From Candidatus Latescibacterota bacterium (GTDB lineage: Bacteria; Latescibacterota; UBA2968; UBA8231): a stretch of 64,000 bases of DNA. Below the pieces are notes generated by a model that was given only the letters and a program-made list of their open reading frames with translations, was not told where the DNA came from and ran no database searches. Below, piece after piece: positions 1 to 8,500 of this stretch (the stretch's first letter is position 1; every line of letters begins with the position of its first letter). Made by a program: the position numbers and the translations under genes. Location of the stretch: assembly GCA_965206595.1 (NCBI GenBank), contig OZ242214.1:896001-960000 (forward strand), read 5' to 3'.

Positions 1-362
1 AAGTCGAGCTGCGGTTCGTCCTTGAAGCCGTACCCGTCCGACGACTTGACCCAGCCCCCCGGCCGCTCTCGCAGGGTCGACGTAAGGTTGACGCGGTGGT
101 CCATCGTTTCGGGACCTAAGGAGCCGTCGGTGGTCTCGATCAGGTGCGCCGAGCCGAAGCGGTCCTCGTCGAGGGGGGTCCAGGAAAGGGAGACGAACTC
201 GACGTCCCAGTTTTCGGGGAACTCGGGCTCGGGCAGGTCTTCGGGGCCGCCGAGTCGATAGACGTAGAGGGTGGCGCTCGTGTCGGCGACCAAGCCGGGA
301 CCGAGGGCGAGCAGAGCGCACAGGGAAAGGGCGCTAAACAGGTTGGCTTTTGATCGGTCCAT
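1..362 (-). CDS. 5' part of a secreted Family B paralogue (runs off the window edge)
   Basis: Not in the ORF track. ATG at 362 with AGGAGGT RBS; open frame to base 1: MDRSKANLFSALSLCALLALGPGLVA...LGPETMDHRVNLTSTLRERPGGW. This matches the P-x-x-D-x-x-x-N-L...R-GG N-terminal motif of the 6275, 41273 and 43230 proteins. Confidence 0.75.
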   Translation of the reverse strand, partial: MDRSKANLFSALSLCALLALGPGLVADTSATLYVYRLGGPEDLPEPEFPENWDVEFVSLSWTPLDEDRFGSAHLIETTDGSLGPETMDHRVNLTSTLRERPGGWVKSSDGYGFKDEPQLD

Positions 363-426
363 CGCGGGACCTCCTTTGATGCAGGGCCTTGCGTCAAACA
401 TATATGCTGACCGAGACGGCATGCGG

Positions 427-3405
427 CTATCTCAGGGCGGCGAAAAGGGTCAGGTAGGCGAGGCCGGCGGTCGTCGCCTTGCGCTCGGCGGCGACGACCT
501 CGAGGGAGCGGCGGTCGACGCGCAGTCCGAGTTGCATGGTCAGCTTGTACCCGAGGAACTCGCTGACGTTGGTGAGTTGGAGCGCCGCCGCTGTGCCCCG
601 GAAATCGCCCGAGATCGTCCCGGCCGGCAGCTCCTCCTCGCCGCCTCCCAGCTCCTCGAAGAAGCGCTGCTCCAGCCCGGCCTTGAGGCGGCTCCTCTTC
701 AGCACGGGGAACTCGACCAGGAAGAAGAAGATGCCGTCCCAGGAGCGCCGCTTTCCCTCGCTCAGACTGAACGGCGTCTCGCGCAGAAACTCGCTCTTGA
801 ACCTGGGCGACAGCTCGACCCGCCCGTACCTCTGCAGGTATTCGATTTTGTTGATGAGCCCGAAGAACCCCGACTCCCGGCGCCCGTTGCGCCCCTCCGG
901 TCCCAGGGGATCGAACACCGACAGGGTGTCGCCCACCGCGTCCAGGCTCACCTGCAGGTCGCTGTCGCGCTGTCTCCAGGTCTCCCACTTCAGGCGGCTC
1001 ATCGACCTCCAGGGCCGCCTGCCCGCCAGCTCCCAGTCGACGTAGAGGACGTTGATCCAGGTGTCCTTCGCGGCCAGCGGGTCGAGGACCGGCTCCATGC
1101 CGCCGCTGCTCGAGATGGGATTGCCCAGCACGGGACGCTTCATGCGCCACTGTACCAGGTTGTCGGGGATGGTGTCTTCCGCCTTCCTCAGCATCTCGAA
1201 GACGCGGACGCGCCCGGCTCGCGGCGTGCTCCTGTCCAGGATGAGCAGGCCGTAGCTGGTCCGGTTCCCGCGGCTCGACCTGCCCATCTCCTCCCGCAGC
1301 TGTCCGAGCTTCAATTCGATCTCGGGGGTGATCTCGACCCCGCCGAAGAGATTGTAGCCGAAGTGGTCCTTCTTGTAGGGGTAGTCCGGCTCGTCGTCGT
1401 TCTCGAACCGCTCGATCCAGCCGTTGTTGTTGAGGTCCATGCCGAAGAGGAACTGCGGCCTGTCGGAGCGGAAGCGCAGGAAGGGCTCGTCGTAATCGGG
1501 GAAGAAGTTCGGCCGCTCCGGCGTCGTGTTCTGGTTGAAGTCGGAGATGAAGTCCTGGTTCTCGTCGTACCCGGGAAAGACCTCGGGGTCCGCGACGCCG
1601 CCTAATTTAATGGAGGCCTGACGACTGGCCCGGATGGGGACCAGAGATCCCTGCCCCAAGCGGCGTTGATCGGGCTGGCGGTCGTTGTCGTCGTTGTCGT
1701 CGACGTAGTCGTAGAGCAGGTTGCTCGCCTCGGTGTCGTAGTTGGGCAGACCGCCGAGGTCCATGAGCAGGACGCTGGTCGTGTAGTCGTCGTCCATGCC
1801 GAACCCCTCGGCGAACAGGGACCAGGGCCCACCCCTCCAGGAGGCGTTGACCATCCACCCGATGGCGCGCTCGTGGCCGGGGAAGCCGGAGACGGCGCGA
1901 TGCTGCCTGCGGGTCACTCCTGGGTACTTGCGGTACTGATTGTTCAGGTTGACCTCGCCGTAGAAGTCGAAGCCGTGGAAATTCCGGATCTCGGCGGTGA
2001 CGCCGGCGATGTTGTTCGCCGTGGGCAGGCCGTAGTCGAACACGACCTCGCGCTGGTTGAGCCGGTTCTTGACGTTTCCGGCGGCGCGCGTCACCGTGCG
2101 GAACTGGGGGACCCCCTCCTCGTTGGTCTGCCGGTCCGAGGTCACGGCGATGGCGTAGTCGTTGGCGACGATGAGCCTGACCCGGAGGTTCTCGATCGCC
2201 GCGATCGCCTCCTCCGTCTCGGTCGGGGTCAGGCCCAACTCGGTTCCCAGCAAGGAGCGCAGCGTGAGGGGTTCCAGCTGCGCAACCCTTTCCTCAGCGA
2301 CGATCTGCGGCGGCAGTTCCAGCAGGTAGTTGAGGACGATCACGTCGCCGCCGTCGGCGGTGCGGAACCCCTCGATCAGCTTGCCCTCGCCGATCCCCAC
2401 CTCCCCGGTGACGAACTGAAGCCCCGGAATCGCCTCGAAGCCGATGTCGCTGCCGACTATGACGGTGTCGATCGGCACGATCGCAACCCCGTCGCCGGCG
2501 GGCACCTCGCGCATTAGAGTCGTAGTGATCTCTATGTCGCTGCGTATGAGAAGGCCCCCCCCTTCGCCGTCCTCCGGCGAGTCGTCGGAGATCCTGACGG
2601 CGAGGGTGTTCACCCCCCTCGAGGCCTGCTCGGGCGAGAGGAAGCCCTTCAGCGGGTTCCCCTGCAGGGTTTCGTAGGTGCCGCTGTTGTTGTGGCTGTT
2701 GACGAGGTTGAAACCGAGGGTGAGGGCGTCGTTGACGTCGAATTCAACCCGCCCCCCGGCGAGCGCGGTCGTATTTCTCACCCTGCCCGCCCCGGAGGCC
2801 AGCATCGGGAGGTTGATCCTCGAAAACAGGCCGGTGGCGCGGTAGCGGCCGCTCTGCATGCTCGTGACGACGCCGTTGAAGCCTGCCTTGCGCAGGGTCA
2901 TCGGGGTCAGCAGCGCCGAGATCTCGTCGCCGATCAGGATCGAGAAAGAGGTGTCGCCCCGGCGGTCGGAGCTGATCAGCAGGCGGCTGAACCAGCCTAT
3001 GTACTGCCCCTTGCGGACGACGTTGGAGCTCTGCGAAAGCAGCGGCTGGGTCTGGCGCCAGTCGTAGATCAGCCAGCCCCTTGAGGCGAGGTTGCCGTAG
3101 AGGTCGTAGAAGTAGTCCCCTTCCTGGCCGGGAGCGACGTAGCGCAGGTAGCTGTCGATCCCCCAGTTGGTGTACTGCCACTGGCGGCGGCCGTACTCGG
3201 CGAACTGGGTAGGCGGCATGTACCACCGGTGGACGGCCGGATCGAGGGTCTCGGCGTATATCGGCACCCCGGAGGACCGGAAGAACAGCTCCTCCCCGAG
3301 ACGGGAGCCGAGGCGGTTGCCGTACTCGACGGCGCCCAGCGGGGCAGCGGCCGCCAGATGGAGCAGGACCGCCCCTGTCAACCACGCCCTTGTCTTCGCC
3401 CGCAT
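427..3405 (-). CDS. Family A paralogue 1: ~990 aa secreted protein with Asp/Asn-rich Ca-binding-like cassette and beta-barrel-like C-terminus
   Basis: ATG 3405 after GAGG; signal peptide MRAKTRAWLTGAVLLHLAAAAPLGA; motifs EGDYFYDLYG, DDSPEDG, DYGLPT, YDYVDDNDDNDRQPD, FPGYDENQDFISDFNQN, DLNNNGWIERFEND. Confidence 0.85.
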   Translation of the reverse strand: MRAKTRAWLTGAVLLHLAAAAPLGAVEYGNRLGSRLGEELFFRSSGVPIYAETLDPAVHRWYMPPTQFAEYGRRQWQYTNWGIDSYLRYVAPGQEGDYFYDLYGNLASRGWLIYDWRQTQPLLSQSSNVVRKGQYIGWFSRLLISSDRRGDTSFSILIGDEISALLTPMTLRKAGFNGVVTSMQSGRYRATGLFSRINLPMLASGAGRVRNTTALAGGRVEFDVNDALTLGFNLVNSHNNSGTYETLQGNPLKGFLSPEQASRGVNTLAVRISDDSPEDGEGGGLLIRSDIEITTTLMREVPAGDGVAIVPIDTVIVGSDIGFEAIPGLQFVTGEVGIGEGKLIEGFRTADGGDVIVLNYLLELPPQIVAEERVAQLEPLTLRSLLGTELGLTPTETEEAIAAIENLRVRLIVANDYAIAVTSDRQTNEEGVPQFRTVTRAAGNVKNRLNQREVVFDYGLPTANNIAGVTAEIRNFHGFDFYGEVNLNNQYRKYPGVTRRQHRAVSGFPGHERAIGWMVNASWRGGPWSLFAEGFGMDDDYTTSVLLMDLGGLPNYDTEASNLLYDYVDDNDDNDRQPDQRRLGQGSLVPIRASRQASIKLGGVADPEVFPGYDENQDFISDFNQNTTPERPNFFPDYDEPFLRFRSDRPQFLFGMDLNNNGWIERFENDDEPDYPYKKDHFGYNLFGGVEITPEIELKLGQLREEMGRSSRGNRTSYGLLILDRSTPRAGRVRVFEMLRKAEDTIPDNLVQWRMKRPVLGNPISSSGGMEPVLDPLAAKDTWINVLYVDWELAGRRPWRSMSRLKWETWRQRDSDLQVSLDAVGDTLSVFDPLGPEGRNGRRESGFFGLINKIEYLQRYGRVELSPRFKSEFLRETPFSLSEGKRRSWDGIFFFLVEFPVLKRSRLKAGLEQRFFEELGGGEEELPAGTISGDFRGTAAALQLTNVSEFLGYKLTMQLGLRVDRRSLEVVAAERKATTAGLAYLTLFAALR

Positions 3406-3416
3406 CTTCTTCACCT

Positions 3417-6275
3417 CTACTGGCCCGCGTACACGGTGATGAAGCCGGTCGATTCGGTCGCCCCTGCCCTCGCCTTCTCGAACTCCCCGGCGGCGCGGTC
3501 GGCGAGCTGCACTCTCTCGGTGAAAAACCGCGCCAGCCGGAAGCCGATCTGGGTCGTCAACCGGTACCCCAGGTAATCCGAGGCGTTGGTCAGCTGGATG
3601 GCGCCGATGAGCGAGCGCAGGTCTCCGGTCTCGCCCACAGCCCCGAGCTCGAGCATCTCTTCCTCGTCGGCGAGCCGTTCGCTGAGCTGGGCGAGCTCCA
3701 GTCCCAGGGTCAGCGAGCTCCGCGCCAGCACCGGGAACTGGGTGACCAGCGTCGCAATCCCCGTCCACTGCTCCTGGCTCTTCTCCGCTTTCAGGAAGGC
3801 GTCGCGCCTGAGGAACTCGCTTTTGAACTTCGGCTGCACCGTCAGGCTTCCCAGGGTCCAGTTGAAGTCCGCCTTGTTCACGAGGCCGAAGAGGACGGGC
3901 GTGGCGCGCAGCGGTCTGCCGGACGGATCCCTGGGATCGCCGGCCCTGTTGTCGTAGAGCTCGTACTTGAGCTTGTTGGCGATGCGCAGGTTCGGTACCG
4001 CGGTGTAGTCGAGGCCGATCCAGGCGGTGTTGACCCAGGTGTCCTGGGCGGGGAGCACGTCCTCGACCAGGGGCGGGTGGCCTGCCACCTTGAAGGGAGA
4101 GACGTCGCGGCGGTCGTCGGCGATCGCGTCTTCGGCCAGCTTGAGCATGTCGAGGACGCGCACGCGTCCGAGGTTGGGGTAGTCCCTTTCGAAGCTGGCG
4201 ATCGCGTAGGTCGTCCGGTTGCTGCGCTCGTCGGAGATCATGCCCTCGTCGAGCCTGCCCAGGGTGATGCGGGCCTCGGGGGTCACCTGCATGCCGCCGA
4301 AGAGGTTGAAGCCCCGGCGGTCCTGCCTGTACGGGTAGTCGGGCAGCTCGTCGTTCTCGAAGCGGTCGACCCAGCCGTTGTTGTTCAGGTCGATTCCGAA
4401 AAGGAATTCCGGCCGCTCGACGTCGTGCCTGAGGAACGGCTCCTCGTAGTCGGGGACCGTGTTCGAAACCGCGTTGTTGTCGTTCTGGTTGAAGTCGCTG
4501 ATGAAGTCGTTGTTCTCGTCCCAGCCCGGGAAGACGTTGGTGTCGCTCAACTTCGAGCCGGATCTCACCCAGTCGGGGATGTCGTCCTGATCGTCGTTGT
4601 CGTCTACGAACTCGTAGGCGTGAATCGGCAGGTTGTCGTACTCGACGTTCCCCTCGGTATCGACGACGAAGCTTCGGGTGGAGTAGTCGCCGTCGATGGC
4701 GTACCCCTCGCCGTACAGAAAGAACGGGTACTCCTCCTTCGACACCGTCAGGTAGCGGGCGTCGGCGGTCCGGCGCGAGATCTCGTGGCCCTCATTGGCG
4801 GTGAACAGGGTGGCGTTCGGGTACTGAGAGTAGCGGAAGCTGCGGTCCCATTCCGCGTAGAAATCCACACCCCAGAGGTCGACTCCCTCGATCGTCGCTC
4901 CGGCCACGAGGTTGGCCGTCGGCAGGCCGTACTCGAACACGACCTTGCGGATGTTCGAGATGTCGGTGACGTTGCCGGCGGCCCTCGTCACCGGCAGCAG
5001 CGCCACCCCCCCCTCGAGGATCTCGCTGGTTATCGGAGGGGAGGGAACTCCCGCCACGGTCCGGCCGCGATACGAGCGCGCCCTGCCGGGCTGCTTGTTA
5101 GACCAGATCTCGACCTTGTAGTCGTTGGCGAGCACGTAGTCGAACTCGACCGAGACGATATGGGTCTCGTCGAGGCCGGTCTCCGCGGGAAGCTGGAACC
5201 CGGGGTCGGTGAAGTCGTAGTTCAGGATGATCGGCTCGTCGCCGTCCGCGGTCCGGAACCCCTCGCGCTCGAAACCACCGAGCACCAAAGGCCACTCGGT
5301 GCCTGGACGCACGACGTCCGCCAAGGTCCACACCCGCTCCTGTCCGGTCTCGAAATCCCGGGTGGTGATGCGCACGTCGTGCTCGAACAGGGCGGCCCCG
5401 GCGACGCGGTCGGCGGGCGAGTCGTCGCTGAGGATGACGGCGATCGCCGTCAGCGGCGTCCCGCTCTGGCCGGCGGTCAGGTTCCCGGCAACGAGGTCCC
5501 CGGTGAACAGCTCCAGCGCCGAGTTGGAGTTGCGGGCGTCGACGAAGGTGCCGCCGAGGGTTACGTGATCGCCGAGCACGACCTCCGCCCGTCCGCCGAA
5601 CATGCTGGTCGAGTTGGTCTGGCGGTCGGCCTGGGCCTGGGCGAGGATGATCGGGTTGCTGATGCGGGATCCGAGGATCGTCGCCGCGTACCGGTTCCCG
5701 GTAAAGTCGACCTGGACGCCGTCGAAAGCCGCCTTGGAGAAGGTCAGGGGAGTCAGGGTCGTGCGGATCTTGCTGCCCACCGTGACCGAGTAGGTCCGGT
5801 CTCCCTGCTTGTCCCTGGCGATCGTCGCGTTGCTGAACCAGCCGGCGAACTTGCCCCCCTTGAAGACGCTGCTGCCGTCGGAGAGCGGCTGTTCCTGGCG
5901 CCAGTCGTAGACGAGGAAGCCGCGGCTGGCGAGGTCGCCGAAGTAGTCGTAGAAGTAATCCCCTTCGACCGCGGTGTTGACGTAGCGCTGGTAATGCCGG
6001 CGCCCGTAGTTCGAGTACCGCGACTGGAGCCACCGGTACTCGTTGTAGAGCTCTTCCGGGATGTACCAGCGCTTCACCGTCGGATCCAGGGCCCCGAACA
6101 TCACCCCGCGTCCCCGGGGCTCGAAGCTCACCTCGCCTCCCCGCTGCACCTGGTGCCGGGAGCCGAGATCCCCGGTTTGTCCGAAGCCGGGTGCGAGCGG
6201 CGGCAGCAGGGCGCAGGCCGCGGTCCAGGCCAGGAATATCCGTCGCGCGCGCGCGCTTTGGTCGCGGGAAGGCAT
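3417..6275 (-). CDS. Family A paralogue 2 (~950 aa)
   Basis: ATG 6275 overlaps the upstream TGA (TGATG); signal peptide; same motif set (YEFVDDNDDQDDIPD, FPGWDENNDFISDFNQNDN); ends GFITVYAGQ. Confidence 0.85.
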   Translation of the reverse strand: MPSRDQSARARRIFLAWTAACALLPPLAPGFGQTGDLGSRHQVQRGGEVSFEPRGRGVMFGALDPTVKRWYIPEELYNEYRWLQSRYSNYGRRHYQRYVNTAVEGDYFYDYFGDLASRGFLVYDWRQEQPLSDGSSVFKGGKFAGWFSNATIARDKQGDRTYSVTVGSKIRTTLTPLTFSKAAFDGVQVDFTGNRYAATILGSRISNPIILAQAQADRQTNSTSMFGGRAEVVLGDHVTLGGTFVDARNSNSALELFTGDLVAGNLTAGQSGTPLTAIAVILSDDSPADRVAGAALFEHDVRITTRDFETGQERVWTLADVVRPGTEWPLVLGGFEREGFRTADGDEPIILNYDFTDPGFQLPAETGLDETHIVSVEFDYVLANDYKVEIWSNKQPGRARSYRGRTVAGVPSPPITSEILEGGVALLPVTRAAGNVTDISNIRKVVFEYGLPTANLVAGATIEGVDLWGVDFYAEWDRSFRYSQYPNATLFTANEGHEISRRTADARYLTVSKEEYPFFLYGEGYAIDGDYSTRSFVVDTEGNVEYDNLPIHAYEFVDDNDDQDDIPDWVRSGSKLSDTNVFPGWDENNDFISDFNQNDNNAVSNTVPDYEEPFLRHDVERPEFLFGIDLNNNGWVDRFENDELPDYPYRQDRRGFNLFGGMQVTPEARITLGRLDEGMISDERSNRTTYAIASFERDYPNLGRVRVLDMLKLAEDAIADDRRDVSPFKVAGHPPLVEDVLPAQDTWVNTAWIGLDYTAVPNLRIANKLKYELYDNRAGDPRDPSGRPLRATPVLFGLVNKADFNWTLGSLTVQPKFKSEFLRRDAFLKAEKSQEQWTGIATLVTQFPVLARSSLTLGLELAQLSERLADEEEMLELGAVGETGDLRSLIGAIQLTNASDYLGYRLTTQIGFRLARFFTERVQLADRAAGEFEKARAGATESTGFITVYAGQ

Positions 6276-8500
6276 CAGTACGCGACCCCCACAATGCCGA
6301 CCCGTTGCACACCCCCGGTCGAAGCGTCGAGTGACACGGTGAAGATGTAGTTGCCCGGCGGCACCGTTTCCCCGGCGTCGTTCAGGCCGTTCCACGGGTG
6401 CGCGAAGCGGCCGCTGGGATCCTCGCCGTCGTACAGGCTCGCCACCTTCCGTCCGGAGAGGTCGAACACCTCGACCCTCACCCGCCTCGGCTCGGCGATG
6501 TTGGTGATGTCGTAGTGGATCAGGGCGCCGTCGTTGACCCCGTCCCGGTTCGGCGTCAGCACCGCGGGGACCGCTTCGACGTTGATGAGAAGGTCCCGGG
6601 TTATCGGCACGGACACCGACAGGTTCCCCGGGTTGAGACTGCCAACCGGCAGCGAGTCGGGATCCTCGAGGCCGCCGTCCCCGAGGTCGGCCGCGTTTCC
6701 CGGAACGAGGTCCTGGCCGATGCCCGGGTGGGCGGCGTTCCGGGCGCGCCCGGTGAACAGGGTGCCGAAGCGCAGCACCGAGTTGTCGAAGCCGACCTTG
6801 ATCACCGCCCTTTCCTCCACCCTCGGGAAGGAGATGACCAAACCGTCATCCCGCACCTCCTCGATGGAGACCTCGTTGCGCGTGACCGGCAACGCGTCGA
6901 GCGCGGCCCCGGTGAAATCCGCCGCCTGCGGCGATCCGCCGCGCTCGATTTCGATCCATCCCACCGCGGGAGTCCGCGTCGGGGTGTCGATCTCGATGCG
7001 GTCGAAGCCGACGCCGTCGGCGGCCGGCTCGCAGAGAACGGCGTAGGTGAATCCGGTGCGCTCGCCCACAGCCGCGGCGCGGGGCAGAATCTCGGCGATC
7101 AGCCTGCCGGCGAAGGCGGGAGAGAGGGCTTCGAAGCTCAGCCCTCCGAGCCCGGTGGCGGCGTCGAACGAGTCGTTGGCGAACTCCACCATGAACTGGA
7201 AGTACCGCCGCGGACCTGGGGAAGAGATGGAGGTCCCCCCGCCGGCCTTTCCCAGGGACTCGGGATCGACGATTCCCGCGGCCGGGTACGGCGCCGACCA
7301 GGGGCTCCAGTTGGTCAGATCCTCCCGCAGATCCCCGCGCTCCGATCTGTCGACCTCTCTTCTGTAGTACTCCTGATCTATCTCGAGAGCGGCCCGCTGC
7401 TCGAGGGAGAGCTCGTTGTAGAACAGCAGCACGTCGCGGCCGTCGAGGTCGGGATTGTCGAGCACGGTTTCGACGATCTCCCGCAGCTCCTCGTCTTCGA
7501 TGGCGTCGGCGCGTTTCCACAGCGCTTCGATCGGGATGTCGACCTCGAAGATGTCCGCCTCGACGAGCTGCAGATCGATGCGCCCCGAGGGCTGCAGCCC
7601 CACCCGCGGGAACACCACAGTGGCCGGATCTACTCCCGTTCGGGTGCGGATTCGCATCTCCGACAGCAGCGGATCCCCCTGCTGTTCCTCGACCCAGCGG
7701 ATGTTCCCGAGAAGGGTCGGGATGCCGAAGTCGATGATGTTAGAGACGTAGGTCGCCTCGGGAACGAAGCCCTGCGCGAAGGCCTGGAACTCGGCGATCT
7801 CGAACTCGGTGTTGGTCAGCACCTTGAGCCTGAGGTGGCGGACGAAGCGCGGCTCGATCCTGAGGTCGACGACCGGCTCATCGTTCTTTTCCACTGCCTC
7901 GAGGGTCTCGAAAATCAGCACCCCGTTGCTCTCGCTCTCCGGGGCGCCGTCGTTCTCGAGGATCTCGAACGACTTGAGGAAGTCTTTTTGATTGGGGAAT
8001 CCAGGGGCCGCGTAGGCCGGGTCGGCGTTGCGCGGAAAGAACCTGATGCGGTTCAGGGCGAAAACGGCGCCGAGGTCGAACTGCATGATGAAGCCGCTCG
8101 CCCGCGTGCTTTCCCCGGCCCGTTCCGGACGGACTTCCAGGGCCGTCTCCCCGTCGTCGTCGATCATTTTCGGAAACTGCCCCTCCAGCGACCGCAGGCT
8201 GAGCGTCGGCGTCGCCAGCGACCCGCCCCTTTCGGGCGAGGTCAGGCCGATCATGATGTTGCGCTCCGTGTCGACCTGCTGCGGAAAGATCCAATCGGGC
8301 CGCTCCGCGGTGCCGAAGTCGATGACCCCGCCGGGGGCGTTGGTCTCCTCCGCGGTGGTGAGGCCGCGGATCACGGTCGGCGGAATGTCCCCTTCGTCGC
8401 CCCACTGGATGCCGCCGGGGCCTCCGATGACGATGGTTTCGACCTGTGCCTCGGCCGCCGGCAGGAGGGCTAGCAATGCGATGAGGAGGATCGCCGCCAT
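6275..8500 (-). CDS. Family B secreted protein (741 aa): discoidin/F5-8-like domain, WSPWS motif, FlgD-Ig/T9SS-type-B-like C-terminal domain
   Basis: ATG 8500 coupled to the upstream TGA; signal MAAILLIALLALLPAAEAQ; DLGAVFALNRIRFFP...FEIAEFQAF; C-term PAVLTPNRDGVND...VFDLSGRKV...WNGLNDAGETVPPGNY. Confidence 0.85.
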   Translation of the reverse strand: MAAILLIALLALLPAAEAQVETIVIGGPGGIQWGDEGDIPPTVIRGLTTAEETNAPGGVIDFGTAERPDWIFPQQVDTERNIMIGLTSPERGGSLATPTLSLRSLEGQFPKMIDDDGETALEVRPERAGESTRASGFIMQFDLGAVFALNRIRFFPRNADPAYAAPGFPNQKDFLKSFEILENDGAPESESNGVLIFETLEAVEKNDEPVVDLRIEPRFVRHLRLKVLTNTEFEIAEFQAFAQGFVPEATYVSNIIDFGIPTLLGNIRWVEEQQGDPLLSEMRIRTRTGVDPATVVFPRVGLQPSGRIDLQLVEADIFEVDIPIEALWKRADAIEDEELREIVETVLDNPDLDGRDVLLFYNELSLEQRAALEIDQEYYRREVDRSERGDLREDLTNWSPWSAPYPAAGIVDPESLGKAGGGTSISSPGPRRYFQFMVEFANDSFDAATGLGGLSFEALSPAFAGRLIAEILPRAAAVGERTGFTYAVLCEPAADGVGFDRIEIDTPTRTPAVGWIEIERGGSPQAADFTGAALDALPVTRNEVSIEEVRDDGLVISFPRVEERAVIKVGFDNSVLRFGTLFTGRARNAAHPGIGQDLVPGNAADLGDGGLEDPDSLPVGSLNPGNLSVSVPITRDLLINVEAVPAVLTPNRDGVNDGALIHYDITNIAEPRRVRVEVFDLSGRKVASLYDGEDPSGRFAHPWNGLNDAGETVPPGNYIFTVSLDASTGGVQRVGIVGVAY

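Noticed and set aside
1660-1720. GTCGTT/GTCGTC-like short repeats here and in the other paralogues
   Set aside because: They encode Asp/Asn runs (DDNDD); there is no repeat-spacer periodicity, so this is not a CRISPR array.
3390-6350. Long antisense ORFs (e.g. 3390-6350 +, 6398-8473 +, 8848-11424 +, 21898-23994 -, 28267-30726 -, 34959-36914 +, 45622-48384 -)
   Set aside because: They mirror real genes on the opposite strand, as expected from high-GC codon bias, and show no motifs or RBS.
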